Origin: Candidatus Enterousia sp.
GTDB taxonomy: Bacteria; Pseudomonadota; Alphaproteobacteria; Rs-D84
DNA: 64,000 bases
Reading direction: 5' to 3'
Assembly: GCA_045546075.1 (NCBI GenBank)
Contig: JAZQCF010000001.1
Coordinates: 79,683-143,682, forward strand
Positions 35,663 through 43,924 of the stretch are shown piece after piece. A program made the translations under genes and the position numbers. How positions within the stretch are numbered: the first letter of the stretch is position 1; each line of letters begins with the position of its first letter. The notes under the pieces are model-generated. The model did no database searches. It worked only from the letters and a program-made list of their open reading frames with translations, and was not told the DNA's origin.

Positions 35663-38600
35663 ATGGCATATCCAAAAACAGAACCCAAGGCAGATTTTGT
35701 ATCGTTGGAACACGGTATAATGGAATTCTGGCGCGCCGATGATACTTTTCATAAATCTTTGAATAAAACCAAACAGGGACACCCGTTTTCGTTTTATGAC
35801 GGACCGCCCTTTGCAAATGGGTTGCCACATTGGGGACACCTTGGGGTATCTGCGGTCAAAGATATGGTATCCCGCTATCAAACAATGAAGGGGCGTTATG
35901 TGGAACGTGCCCTTGGGTGGGATTGTCACGGTCTGCCGGCAGAGGCATCGGTTGAAAAGAAACAAAAACGCACCGCCAAAGATATTGTTGCAACCGATGG
36001 TATGGCGGCGTTCTGTGATATGTGCCGGGCGGATGTTATGACGTATTCCAATGAATGGTTAAAGTTTATTGAACGCGTTGGCCGTTGGGTTGATGGTGGC
36101 GATGAATATGGTTATCGCACAATGGATAAAAACTTTATGGAATCTGTGATTTGGGCAATCAAAGAAATGCACAATCGCGGTTTATTGTATAAAGATTTCA
36201 AGGTTAATCCGTTTGATTGGAAATTGGGAACAGTTCTGTCCAACAGCGAGGCATCCAGTGAATATCAAGACGTTGTTGACGATACGGTCACGGTTTGGTT
36301 TGAATTAGAAAATGGCGACCGCGCGATTGCGTGGACAACAACGCCGTGGACATTACCGGCAAATTCTGCATTGGCGGTAAATCCAAATATGAAATATGTT
36401 CGTATGCAACACGATGATGGCCATGTATATGTTTTGGCGGAATCACGCCTGGGGGCATACGAAAAAATATTTGCAAATTCAACAAATCTTGGCACGGTTA
36501 TGGGGGCCGAATTGGTTGGAATGCGCTATACGCCGATTTTCCCGTATTACACAAATTTGGCAAATGATGGGCATGGGCTGTATACGGTGATTTCTGCCGA
36601 TTACGTGTCTGATGGCGATGGTACCGGTATCGTTCATATCGCGCCGGCATATGGTGAAGACGATTATATCGCGGCCAAGGCAATCGACCCAATGTTCCCG
36701 GTAATATTAAATGTTGATGATTATGGTAATTTTGATTCAACCGTTGCCGATTGGGCGGGCGAAAATATATTTGTTGCGAACCCAAAGATAATCGATTGGT
36801 TGCGTGCCAATGGCCGCCTTGTTAAAAAAGACCAGCACAAACACAGTTATCCGTTCGGCCCGCGCAGTAAAGAAAAATTGATATATCGTGCGACGGACGC
36901 GTGGTATATCGATGTTCCAAAAATTCGCGAACGCCTTGTTGAAATAACCAAGAACGAAACAACATGGACATCGGCGGGTAACCGATTCCTGTCCTGGATT
37001 GAAAACGCGCGCCCGTGGGGTATATCGCGCAATCGTTTCTGGGGTGTGCCATTACCGATTTGGGAACGGAACGGCGAATATAAAATCTTTGGTTCTATCA
37101 AAGAATTGGAAGAATTCTTTGGCACCAAGGTTGACGATTTGCATCGCCCAACATTGGACGCGTTGACGCGTGACGGTTGGAAACGTATCCCCGATGTTTT
37201 GGATTGTTGGTTTGAATCGGGTTCTATGCCGTTTGCGTCCCTGCACTATCCGTTCGAAAACAAAGATTTATTCGAAAAAACTTTCCCGGCCGATTATATT
37301 ATCGAAGGCCAAGACCAAACACGTGGATGGTTTTATTCACTGATGGTTGTGGCGGCGATATTGTTTGATAAACCGGCATTTCGTGTTGTGTCTGCGAACG
37401 GAATGATTGTTGATGAAAATAAACGCAAGTTTTCAAAATCGTTGGGCAATTTCGAAAATCCGGAACAACAGTTGGATACATACGGTGCGGATGCGGTTCG
37501 TTTGTTTATTTTGGGCAGTAATTTCTTAAAGGCCGAACCGGTCCCCGTTGATAAAGCGGGCAAAGTCTTTGCGGAATCTATCAAAACAATATTGACACCG
37601 CTTTGGAACGCGTATCATTTCTTTACATTGTATGCGAATGCCGGGAACATCACCGCGCGCGATGTGTGGGGTGCACCCGCCCGCAACAATTTGGATGAAT
37701 ATATATTGGCGGAAACAAATATGTTGATAAAAACGGTGGATGCCGCGTTGGCGGAATACAAACCGGATGTGGCCGTCAAAGAATTTGTTCGATTCTTGGA
37801 TGTATTGAATAATTGGTATGTGCGTCGTTCGCGTGCACGTTTCTGGGACGAAGACACCGATGCGTTTAATACGCTGTATACGGTGCTGGTTATGGTGTGT
37901 CGCGTCCTTGCACCATTTGCACCGTTCGTGGCTGAATACATCTATAAAAACCTGACTGGGGCGGAATCTGTGCATTTGACGGATTGGCCAACCACGTTTG
38001 ATGCGGATGAAAAAATCGTCACCGATATGCGCCGTGTCCAAGAAATAGTATCTGTTGGAAAACAGTTGCGCGAACAGTATAAATTGCGCAATCGTTTGCC
38101 ACTGTCTAAATTGACGGTGGCGGGTGGTGCGCCAATGGACGCATATACGAATATCATCCGTGATGAATTAAATGTGAAATCGGTTGAATGGGTTGATAGC
38201 GCATCCAAGGTCGCCGACAGTTTCATATACCTGGTGACACCAAAGATAGGTAGCCGCCTGGGGTCCGCGTTGCGTGAAATCATCCCAATGGTAAAACGCG
38301 GTGATTATGAATTGGACGGCGATAAATTGGTCGTTGGTGAATACACATTAAATGCCGATGAATTTGAAAAACGCCTTACTATACGTGACGGGGTAACGGG
38401 TATGGCATTGCCAGATAACACCGCGGTTGTCATTTTGGATACAGAATTAAATTCCGAATTGATTGCCGAAGGTTTGGCAAATGATGCATTGCGCTTTATC
38501 CAAGACACGCGTAAGGCATTGGGACTGGATGTGTCGGACCGTATAAAATTGACCTATACGGCGGATTTGGCCCTCTCTGGCGCGATTGAACAACACCGTA

Positions 38601-38713
38601 AACGTATAATGGCGGATGCGTTGATTCGTGAAATGTCGGCGGGTCCCGCAGAACACTTTACGGATGTCGAAGGTTATAACTTTGGCATTTCAATCGAACG
38701 GGTGAAACAGTAA
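35663..38713 (+). CDS. ileS: Isoleucine--tRNA ligase, type 2 (eukaryote-like)
   Basis: HIGH-type PHWGHLGV, KMSKS-type KFSKSLGN, 1016 aa, N-terminus MAYPKTEPKADFVSLEHGIMEFW. Confidence 0.96.
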   Translation: MAYPKTEPKADFVSLEHGIMEFWRADDTFHKSLNKTKQGHPFSFYDGPPFANGLPHWGHLGVSAVKDMVSRYQTMKGRYVERALGWDCHGLPAEASVEKKQKRTAKDIVATDGMAAFCDMCRADVMTYSNEWLKFIERVGRWVDGGDEYGYRTMDKNFMESVIWAIKEMHNRGLLYKDFKVNPFDWKLGTVLSNSEASSEYQDVVDDTVTVWFELENGDRAIAWTTTPWTLPANSALAVNPNMKYVRMQHDDGHVYVLAESRLGAYEKIFANSTNLGTVMGAELVGMRYTPIFPYYTNLANDGHGLYTVISADYVSDGDGTGIVHIAPAYGEDDYIAAKAIDPMFPVILNVDDYGNFDSTVADWAGENIFVANPKIIDWLRANGRLVKKDQHKHSYPFGPRSKEKLIYRATDAWYIDVPKIRERLVEITKNETTWTSAGNRFLSWIENARPWGISRNRFWGVPLPIWERNGEYKIFGSIKELEEFFGTKVDDLHRPTLDALTRDGWKRIPDVLDCWFESGSMPFASLHYPFENKDLFEKTFPADYIIEGQDQTRGWFYSLMVVAAILFDKPAFRVVSANGMIVDENKRKFSKSLGNFENPEQQLDTYGADAVRLFILGSNFLKAEPVPVDKAGKVFAESIKTILTPLWNAYHFFTLYANAGNITARDVWGAPARNNLDEYILAETNMLIKTVDAALAEYKPDVAVKEFVRFLDVLNNWYVRRSRARFWDEDTDAFNTLYTVLVMVCRVLAPFAPFVAEYIYKNLTGAESVHLTDWPTTFDADEKIVTDMRRVQEIVSVGKQLREQYKLRNRLPLSKLTVAGGAPMDAYTNIIRDELNVKSVEWVDSASKVADSFIYLVTPKIGSRLGSALREIIPMVKRGDYELDGDKLVVGEYTLNADEFEKRLTIRDGVTGMALPDNTAVVILDTELNSELIAEGLANDALRFIQDTRKALGLDVSDRIKLTYTADLALSGAIEQHRKRIMADALIREMSAGPAEHFTDVEGYNFGISIERVKQ

Positions 38714-39364
38714 ATGATAACGCCACGGCAATTTTTCGAAATCGTGCCAAATAACCTTAATATGGATATTCGGTCGGAACTGTATTCCACAAACGATTTT
38801 ACATTTGCCGTGGCGGTAATTTTATCGGCCCAGGCCACCGACAAGAAAGTCAACGAAGTGACCCCCGCCCTGTTCCGCGTGGCCGGAACGCCACAAAAAA
38901 TGTTGGAATTGGGTCTTGACGGGTTAAAGCAATATATACGCGTAATATCTTTCTTTAATAACAAGGCCAAGAATATAATCGCACTGTCCGGGCATTTGGC
39001 AAAATATGATAACACCGGTGCCGATTGGACATTTCCCAAAAAATATCATAATCGCGCCGAACTTATGAAATTGCCGGGCGTTGGGCAAAAGACCGCAAAT
39101 GTTATAACAAATGTTTTATGGGGTGCGCCGAATATTGGGGTCGATACGCATGTATTCCGCCTGGCCCATCGGTATGGTTGGGTTGACGCATCCGCAAACA
39201 CCCCCGAAAAAGTCGAAGCCGAATTGTTAAAAAAGATTCCAAAAAAATATCATGACATAGTAAATCACGTTATGGTCCTGTTTGGGCGATATACGTGTAC
39301 GGCGCTGCGCCCAAAGTGTGCAAATTGCCCATTGCGGAAATTGTGTGAATACAATAACCACTAA
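38714..39364 (+). CDS. nth: Endonuclease III
   Basis: HhH LPGVGQKTANVITN, VDTHVFR, and the 4Fe-4S cluster CTALRPKCANCPLRKLC. 216 aa. Confidence 0.93.
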   Translation: MITPRQFFEIVPNNLNMDIRSELYSTNDFTFAVAVILSAQATDKKVNEVTPALFRVAGTPQKMLELGLDGLKQYIRVISFFNNKAKNIIALSGHLAKYDNTGADWTFPKKYHNRAELMKLPGVGQKTANVITNVLWGAPNIGVDTHVFRLAHRYGWVDASANTPEKVEAELLKKIPKKYHDIVNHVMVLFGRYTCTALRPKCANCPLRKLCEYNNH

Positions 39365-39368
39365 ATAC

Positions 39369-39396
39369 TTGCAAATCTAAATTTCTCTGTTATAAT
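39369..39396 (+). promoter_or_regulatory. Candidate promoter of the tRNA-Val locus
   Basis: TTGCAA (39369-39374), 16-nt spacer, TATAAT (39391-39396). Confidence 0.5.
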
Positions 39397-39408
39397 GCCC
39401 GTTGCCTT

Positions 39409-39475
39409 GGGTGGTTAGTTCGGTTGGGAAGCCGCGTACGTTGACATCGTAAAGGTCGTTGGTTCCCGGCCCGAG
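39409..39475 (+). pseudogene. Degenerate partial copy of tRNA-Val
   Basis: It shares GGGTGGTTAG and a 29-nt block TACGTTGACATCGTAAAGGTCGTTGGTTC (39437-39465) with the adjacent tRNA-Val. The D-arm, the T-stem 3' half and the acceptor 3' strand do not pair. Confidence 0.55.
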
Positions 39476-39491
39476 AACACTTGAAGAATAT

Positions 39492-39568
39492 GGGTGGTTA
39501 GCTCAGTTGGTTAGAGCGTTACGTTGACATCGTAAAGGTCGTTGGTTCGAGTCCAATACCACCCACCA
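39492..39568 (+). tRNA. tRNA-Val (anticodon GAC), CCA encoded
   Basis: GGGTGGTTAGCTCAGTTGGTTAGAGC, anticodon loop TTGACAT, T-arm GTTGGTTCGAGTCCAAT, then ACCACCCACCA. Length 77 nt. Confidence 0.95.
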
Positions 39569-39596
39569 AATTTTCAAGCGAGCTTTGCGAGCGTTG

Positions 39597-39728
39597 AAAA
39601 TTTGAGTGTCGCGGCGTAGCAATCGTAAGATTGCGTAGACGGACAGAAAGTTCGTTTATGCGCACGATTAAAAAAATTTGAGTGTCACGCCGTGGCAATC
39701 GCAAGATTGCAAAGGCGGACGAAGTTCC
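39597..39728 (+). repeat. Two tandem ~76-bp repeats with GNRA-type hairpins
   Basis: Each unit starts AAATTTGAGTGTC(G/A)CG(G/C)CGT(A/G)GCAATCG(T/C)AAGATTGC...GGCGGAC. The hairpins are GCAATC-GTAA-GATTGC (39619-39634) and GCAATC-GCAA-GATTGC (39695-39710). Related AGTGTCGCGCCGTAGCAA motifs occur at 34791 and 34856. Confidence 0.8.
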
Positions 39729-39790
39729 AGAGAATAAAAAATGAAACGAATGCAAATATAATCTTTATAAAATATTAAACGGGATTCCAT

Positions 39791-39817
39791 GGGACGCCCC
39801 GTTTGCGTCCCATTTTT
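39791..39817 (+). terminator. Intrinsic terminator upstream of metG
   Basis: GGGACGC-CCCGTTT-GCGTCCC followed by ATTTTT, 28 nt before the metG ATG. Confidence 0.6.
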
Positions 39818-39844
39818 ACAGAAAAAAATCAAAGGGGCGCATAA

Positions 39845-41467
39845 ATGAGTGAAAAATATCTTATAACTTCGGCATTACCATATGTGAACAATCAACTGCA
39901 TATCGGGCATTTGATTGGTTGCCTGTTGCCAAGTGATGTTTATGCGCGTTTCTGTCGTGCGCGTGGCCGAGATGTTTTGTATATTGGTGGTTCGGACGAA
40001 CACGGCACCACCAGCGAGATTGGCGCGGCACGCGAAAATATGCCCGTTGAAGAATATGTTGAAAAATATCGTGCGAAACACCTTGATGTGGTGCGCGATT
40101 TCAAATTGTCTTTTGACCATTATGGCCGCACACATACCCCGCAACAGGAAAAATTAATTCACGAATTGTTTAATCGCCTTGAATCCCAGGGTATGATAGA
40201 AGAAAAATCATCTATGCAGCCCTATTCTGTTGCCGAAAATAAATTTTTGGCGGACCGTTATGTTATTGGCACTTGTCCACGTTGTGGATATGACCGCGCG
40301 TATGGTAATGAATGTGAAAAGTGTGGTGCATCATTGGATCCGGCGGATTTGATAAACCCGCACAGTGCGATTGACCCATCGTCCCCGGTTGAAATGCGCG
40401 AAACGAAACACCTGTATTTCAAATTAAGTTCTGTAACGGATAAATTGCGCGCGTGGGTTAATTCACGCACAGGTTGGCCAAAAACGGCAACGGCGATTGC
40501 GAATAAATGGTTGGACGAAGGTTTGCACGATACACCAATTACACGTGATTTGAAATGGGGAATTCCGGTAAATAAACCGGGTTACGAAGATAAAGTTTTC
40601 TATGTTTGGTTTGATGCGCCGTGGGGATATGTTTCCATTTCGCAAATTGCAAATCCAGATTGGGCATCGTGGTGGAAAAACCCGGATTGCCATTATACAC
40701 AATTTATGGGCAAAGACAATGTATCTTTCCACGCGGTGTTTTTCCCGGCCCAGGAAATTGCGGTGAACGATAATTGGAAAACGGTTGATGTGTTAAAGGC
40801 ATTGAACTTTATGAACTTTAATGGTGCAAAAATTTCAAAATCAACCGGCAACGGAATATTCTTGGATGCGGCGTTGGAAATCGCGCCAAGTGATTGTTGG
40901 CGGTATGCCCTGCTCGCTTCGGCCCCGGAAACGGATGATACAGATTTTACAATGACGCGATTTGCAGAAATTGTGAACAAAGATTTGAATGGTTTGCTTG
41001 GCAACTTTGTGTCGCGCGCGTGTAAACTGTCGAACAAAAACTTTGGTGATACTGTGCCGGCCGGCGCCGCGATGGATGAAGATTTGGCGCACCGCATAAA
41101 TGAAAAATTGGCGGAATTGACCGGTTGCCTGGACGCGTGCGAATTCCGGAAATCGATTGTTGCACTGCGTGATATTTATGGAATTGCAAATGAATATATG
41201 ACCGCACGCGAACCGTGGGCATTGGTTAAAAACGGCGATACGGCGGGCGCGGCGGCGGTGCTGAACGAATGTTTCCAACTGATTGATTTGTTTGCACGCG
41301 TGTCTGCACCGATTATTCCGGATGCGGCGGAAAAAATTCAAAACATATTTGCCGGTGCGCATGATTTATCTTGGCCAACAATGTACGAACACAGAATCGA
41401 ATCAGGCGAAAAATTCACTGTTCCGGAAAACCTGTTCACACGGATTGAATTAAATGATGCAGAATAA
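39845..41467 (+). CDS. metG: Methionine--tRNA ligase
   Basis: HIGH region YVNNQLHIGHLIG, zinc knuckles CPRCGYD...CEKCG, KMSKS-type GAKISKSTGN, 540 aa. Confidence 0.96.
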   Translation: MSEKYLITSALPYVNNQLHIGHLIGCLLPSDVYARFCRARGRDVLYIGGSDEHGTTSEIGAARENMPVEEYVEKYRAKHLDVVRDFKLSFDHYGRTHTPQQEKLIHELFNRLESQGMIEEKSSMQPYSVAENKFLADRYVIGTCPRCGYDRAYGNECEKCGASLDPADLINPHSAIDPSSPVEMRETKHLYFKLSSVTDKLRAWVNSRTGWPKTATAIANKWLDEGLHDTPITRDLKWGIPVNKPGYEDKVFYVWFDAPWGYVSISQIANPDWASWWKNPDCHYTQFMGKDNVSFHAVFFPAQEIAVNDNWKTVDVLKALNFMNFNGAKISKSTGNGIFLDAALEIAPSDCWRYALLASAPETDDTDFTMTRFAEIVNKDLNGLLGNFVSRACKLSNKNFGDTVPAGAAMDEDLAHRINEKLAELTGCLDACEFRKSIVALRDIYGIANEYMTAREPWALVKNGDTAGAAAVLNECFQLIDLFARVSAPIIPDAAEKIQNIFAGAHDLSWPTMYEHRIESGEKFTVPENLFTRIELNDAE

Positions 41468-41999
41468 TATAAAACTTGTTTTGGTATCTTGTTGTGCGCC
41501 GTGCAGCGCGGGCGCGATAAAACAATTGGCGGACGGGAAAATTCCCGGTGTTGATGATTTTATTGTTCTGTTTTTTAATCCAAATATTTATCCCGCCGAT
41601 GAATATATGCGCCGTATGCAAGAACAAGTAAAATATTGCGAAAAATTGGGTGTGAAATATAAAATCGGCGAATACGATCACAACGCGTGGCGTGCGGCGG
41701 TACGCGGGCTAGAGGCCGAGCCAGAACGCGGCGCGCGGTGCAGTGTTTGCTTTGCATATCGGTTTGAATACGCAAAAAAATTTGCGCGTGAAAACGGCTA
41801 TAACGCGGTGGCATCTGTCTTGGGTGTGTCGCGCCACAAAGACCAGGCCCAGGTTGACGCGTCCGGCCAATCTGCGCCCGGCGATACAGAATATTTGCCC
41901 ATAAAATGGGACGAGGCATTGCGCCAAAAAATCAATCGTGAAAGTGATTTTTACCGCCAAAATTATTGCGGTTGCGAATTCAGTATTCGTAAAGTATAA
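41454..41999 (+). CDS. queH: Epoxyqueuosine reductase QueH (DUF208)
   Basis: Cys motifs SCCAPCS, CSVCFAYR and YCGCEFS. 181 aa. Overlaps the metG end by 14 nt. Confidence 0.8.
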   Translation: MMQNNIKLVLVSCCAPCSAGAIKQLADGKIPGVDDFIVLFFNPNIYPADEYMRRMQEQVKYCEKLGVKYKIGEYDHNAWRAAVRGLEAEPERGARCSVCFAYRFEYAKKFARENGYNAVASVLGVSRHKDQAQVDASGQSAPGDTEYLPIKWDEALRQKINRESDFYRQNYCGCEFSIRKV

Positions 42000-42029
42000 T
42001 CCACATATAACATAACCAAAGGTGTGATT

Positions 42030-42905
42030 ATGTCATCGATACTTGTATTCCCCGGCCAGGGTTCCCAAAGCGTTGGTATGGGGCGCGATTTGTATGAAAA
42101 TAATGCGGCCGCACGCGCGGTCTTTGACGAAGTGGACGATGCGTTGAACCAGAAATTGTCCAATATCATTTTTAACGGTCCAATGGAAGATTTAACATTG
42201 ACGACAAATGTGCAACCGGCAATTATGGCAACGTCTATTGCGATGTTGCGTGCATCCGGTGTGCCATTGACGGAATATGTTGCGGGGCATTCATTGGGTG
42301 AATATACGGCGCTGTGTGCGGCGGGTGCAATATCGTTGGCGGATACGGCGCGCCTTTTGCGCCTGCGTGGTGATGCGATGCAACGCGCGGTGCCAGTGGG
42401 TGCGGGCCTGACGGCCGTCATTTTGGGGCTTGATATAGACACGGTTCGTGAAATATGCGCGAAAAACGATTGTGATGTTGCAAACGATAATTCCCCGGGC
42501 CAGGTTGTAATTTCCGGCGCACGCGAAATTGTTGAAAAAACATTGGAAGACGCAAAATCTGCGGGTGCGCGGCGCGCGATGCCACTTGCGCTGTCGGTGC
42601 CGGTTCATTGCCGTATCCAGGCCCCCGCGGCGATTGAGATGCGTGAAGCCTTATCAAAAATAGAAATCAAAAAGCCGGCGGCAAAATTAATTTCAAACAA
42701 AACCTGCACGCCGATAGATGACCCCGATGAAATCCGTGACGCATTGGTCTATCAAATAACCCACGGTGTGCGTTGGCGCGAAAGTGTTTTGGCAATGCAC
42801 GATTTGGGCATTCATGAAACGATAGAGGTTGGACCGGGGGCAGTACTTACGGGTTTAACGAAACGTATTTGTGCCGATATGGACGGCAAGAAATTAGAGG
42901 TGTAA
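42030..42905 (+). CDS. fabD: Malonyl CoA-ACP transacylase
   Basis: FPGQGSQSVGM and GHSLGEYTAL. I placed the start at the ATG (42030), behind an AAAGGTG SD, rather than at the ORF-track GTG at 42024. Confidence 0.93.
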   Translation: MSSILVFPGQGSQSVGMGRDLYENNAAARAVFDEVDDALNQKLSNIIFNGPMEDLTLTTNVQPAIMATSIAMLRASGVPLTEYVAGHSLGEYTALCAAGAISLADTARLLRLRGDAMQRAVPVGAGLTAVILGLDIDTVREICAKNDCDVANDNSPGQVVISGAREIVEKTLEDAKSAGARRAMPLALSVPVHCRIQAPAAIEMREALSKIEIKKPAAKLISNKTCTPIDDPDEIRDALVYQITHGVRWRESVLAMHDLGIHETIEVGPGAVLTGLTKRICADMDGKKLEV

Positions 42906-42907
42906 AA

Positions 42908-43180
42908 ATGGCTACTGAAAATACTGTTATTAAATTTGATAGGGGGACAGATATAAAGATTGCTATTCAATCTGTTATAGAAGTGGCAAAATCGACACAA
43001 AAGAATTATGAAATGGTTTATAATAACTGGTTCAAAATGACTGTGACGCCAACAACAACAGTAGAATATGGTGTGAATTTATTCTTTTCAAAGTCTATGT
43101 CGCAAGCAAATTTGGGAATGCGTCCAATGAAAGCAAACCAAAGTATATATCGTAACAAAATGTTGGGGTGGAACAAATAA
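42908..43180 (+). CDS. Orphan hypothetical protein (90 aa from MATENTV) inserted between fabD and fabG
   Basis: A GAGGTG SD lies inside the fabD end. The ORF is more AT-rich and uses more ATA/AGA/AGG-type codons than its neighbours (by eye). I recognise no motif. Confidence 0.4.
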   Translation: MATENTVIKFDRGTDIKIAIQSVIEVAKSTQKNYEMVYNNWFKMTVTPTTTVEYGVNLFFSKSMSQANLGMRPMKANQSIYRNKMLGWNK

Positions 43181-43195
43181 AATATGGGGGCAAAA

Positions 43196-43924
43196 ATGTT
43201 CGATTTGAAAGATAAAGTTGTTTTAATTACCGGGGCAACCGGCGGAATCGGTGGTGCAATCGCACACAAGATGAAAGATGCCGGTGCAACGGTTGTTGTG
43301 TCGGGCCGCAATATTGCGAAAATGAACGCGGAATTTGACGATTCTTACATTAAAATTCCGGCGGATTTATCGGTCGAAGGTGCAGCCGTAGAATTGGTTA
43401 TGGACACCATTGAAAAATGTGGCCGATTGGATGTTTTAATAAACAACGCGGGAATTACGGCGGACACATTACTTATGCGGATGACAGACGAACAATTTGA
43501 TAATGTTATAAATACGAACCTGCGGTCTTGTTTCAAGATGTGCCGTGCGGCCATTATGCCAATGATGAAACAGCGTTTCGGTCGCATTATAAATATGGCG
43601 TCTATTATCGGTGTTATCGGTGGCCCGGGCCAGGCGAACTATGCCGCAAGCAAGGGCGGAATGATTGCGATGACAAAATCTATCGCGGCCGAGGTTGCAT
43701 CCCGCGGCATTACCGCAAACGCAATCGCGCCGGGATTTATCAAAACACCGATGACCGATGTTTTGCCGGATGAATTAAAGAAAAATTATTTGTCGCAAAT
43801 ACCGGCCGGCCGATTTGGCGAACCCGAAGACATTGCGAACGCATGTGTATTCTTGGCAAGTGACGAGGCATCATATATCAACGGTCAAACATTACACATC
43901 AATGGCGGATTGGGACGTTTTTAA
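43196..43924 (+). CDS. fabG: 3-oxoacyl-ACP reductase
   Basis: TGATGGIGGAIA, NYAASKGG, ~242 aa. I placed the start at MFDLKDK, which follows a GGGGG SD. Confidence 0.93.
   Translation: MFDLKDKVVLITGATGGIGGAIAHKMKDAGATVVVSGRNIAKMNAEFDDSYIKIPADLSVEGAAVELVMDTIEKCGRLDVLINNAGITADTLLMRMTDEQFDNVINTNLRSCFKMCRAAIMPMMKQRFGRIINMASIIGVIGGPGQANYAASKGGMIAMTKSIAAEVASRGITANAIAPGFIKTPMTDVLPDELKKNYLSQIPAGRFGEPEDIANACVFLASDEASYINGQTLHINGGLGRF

Noticed and set aside
39409-39499. The 8-mer GTGGTTAG of the repeat family also begins tRNA-Val and its pseudo-copy (GGGTGGTTAG), hinting that the repeats derive from tRNA-Val.
   Set aside because: Only 8 nt are shared, and similarity stops immediately afterwards. Integrative elements duplicate tRNA 3' ends, not 5' ends. 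This is most likely coincidence.
39597-39728. The tandem repeats after tRNA-Val and the repeated tRNA-fMet flanks were checked as possible CRISPR arrays.
   Set aside because: There are only two or three units with no regular repeat-spacer periodicity, the units are diverged, and no cas genes are in the window.
39737-39817. A mini-ORF ATG AAA CGA ATG CAA ATA TAA (MKRMQI) followed by a terminator 28 nt before metG could be a Met-sensing attenuator analogous to the ileS leader.
   Set aside because: There are only two Met codons, one of which is the start, and I could not find an alternative antiterminator pairing. The hairpin can be explained as the terminator of the tRNA-Val/repeat transcript.
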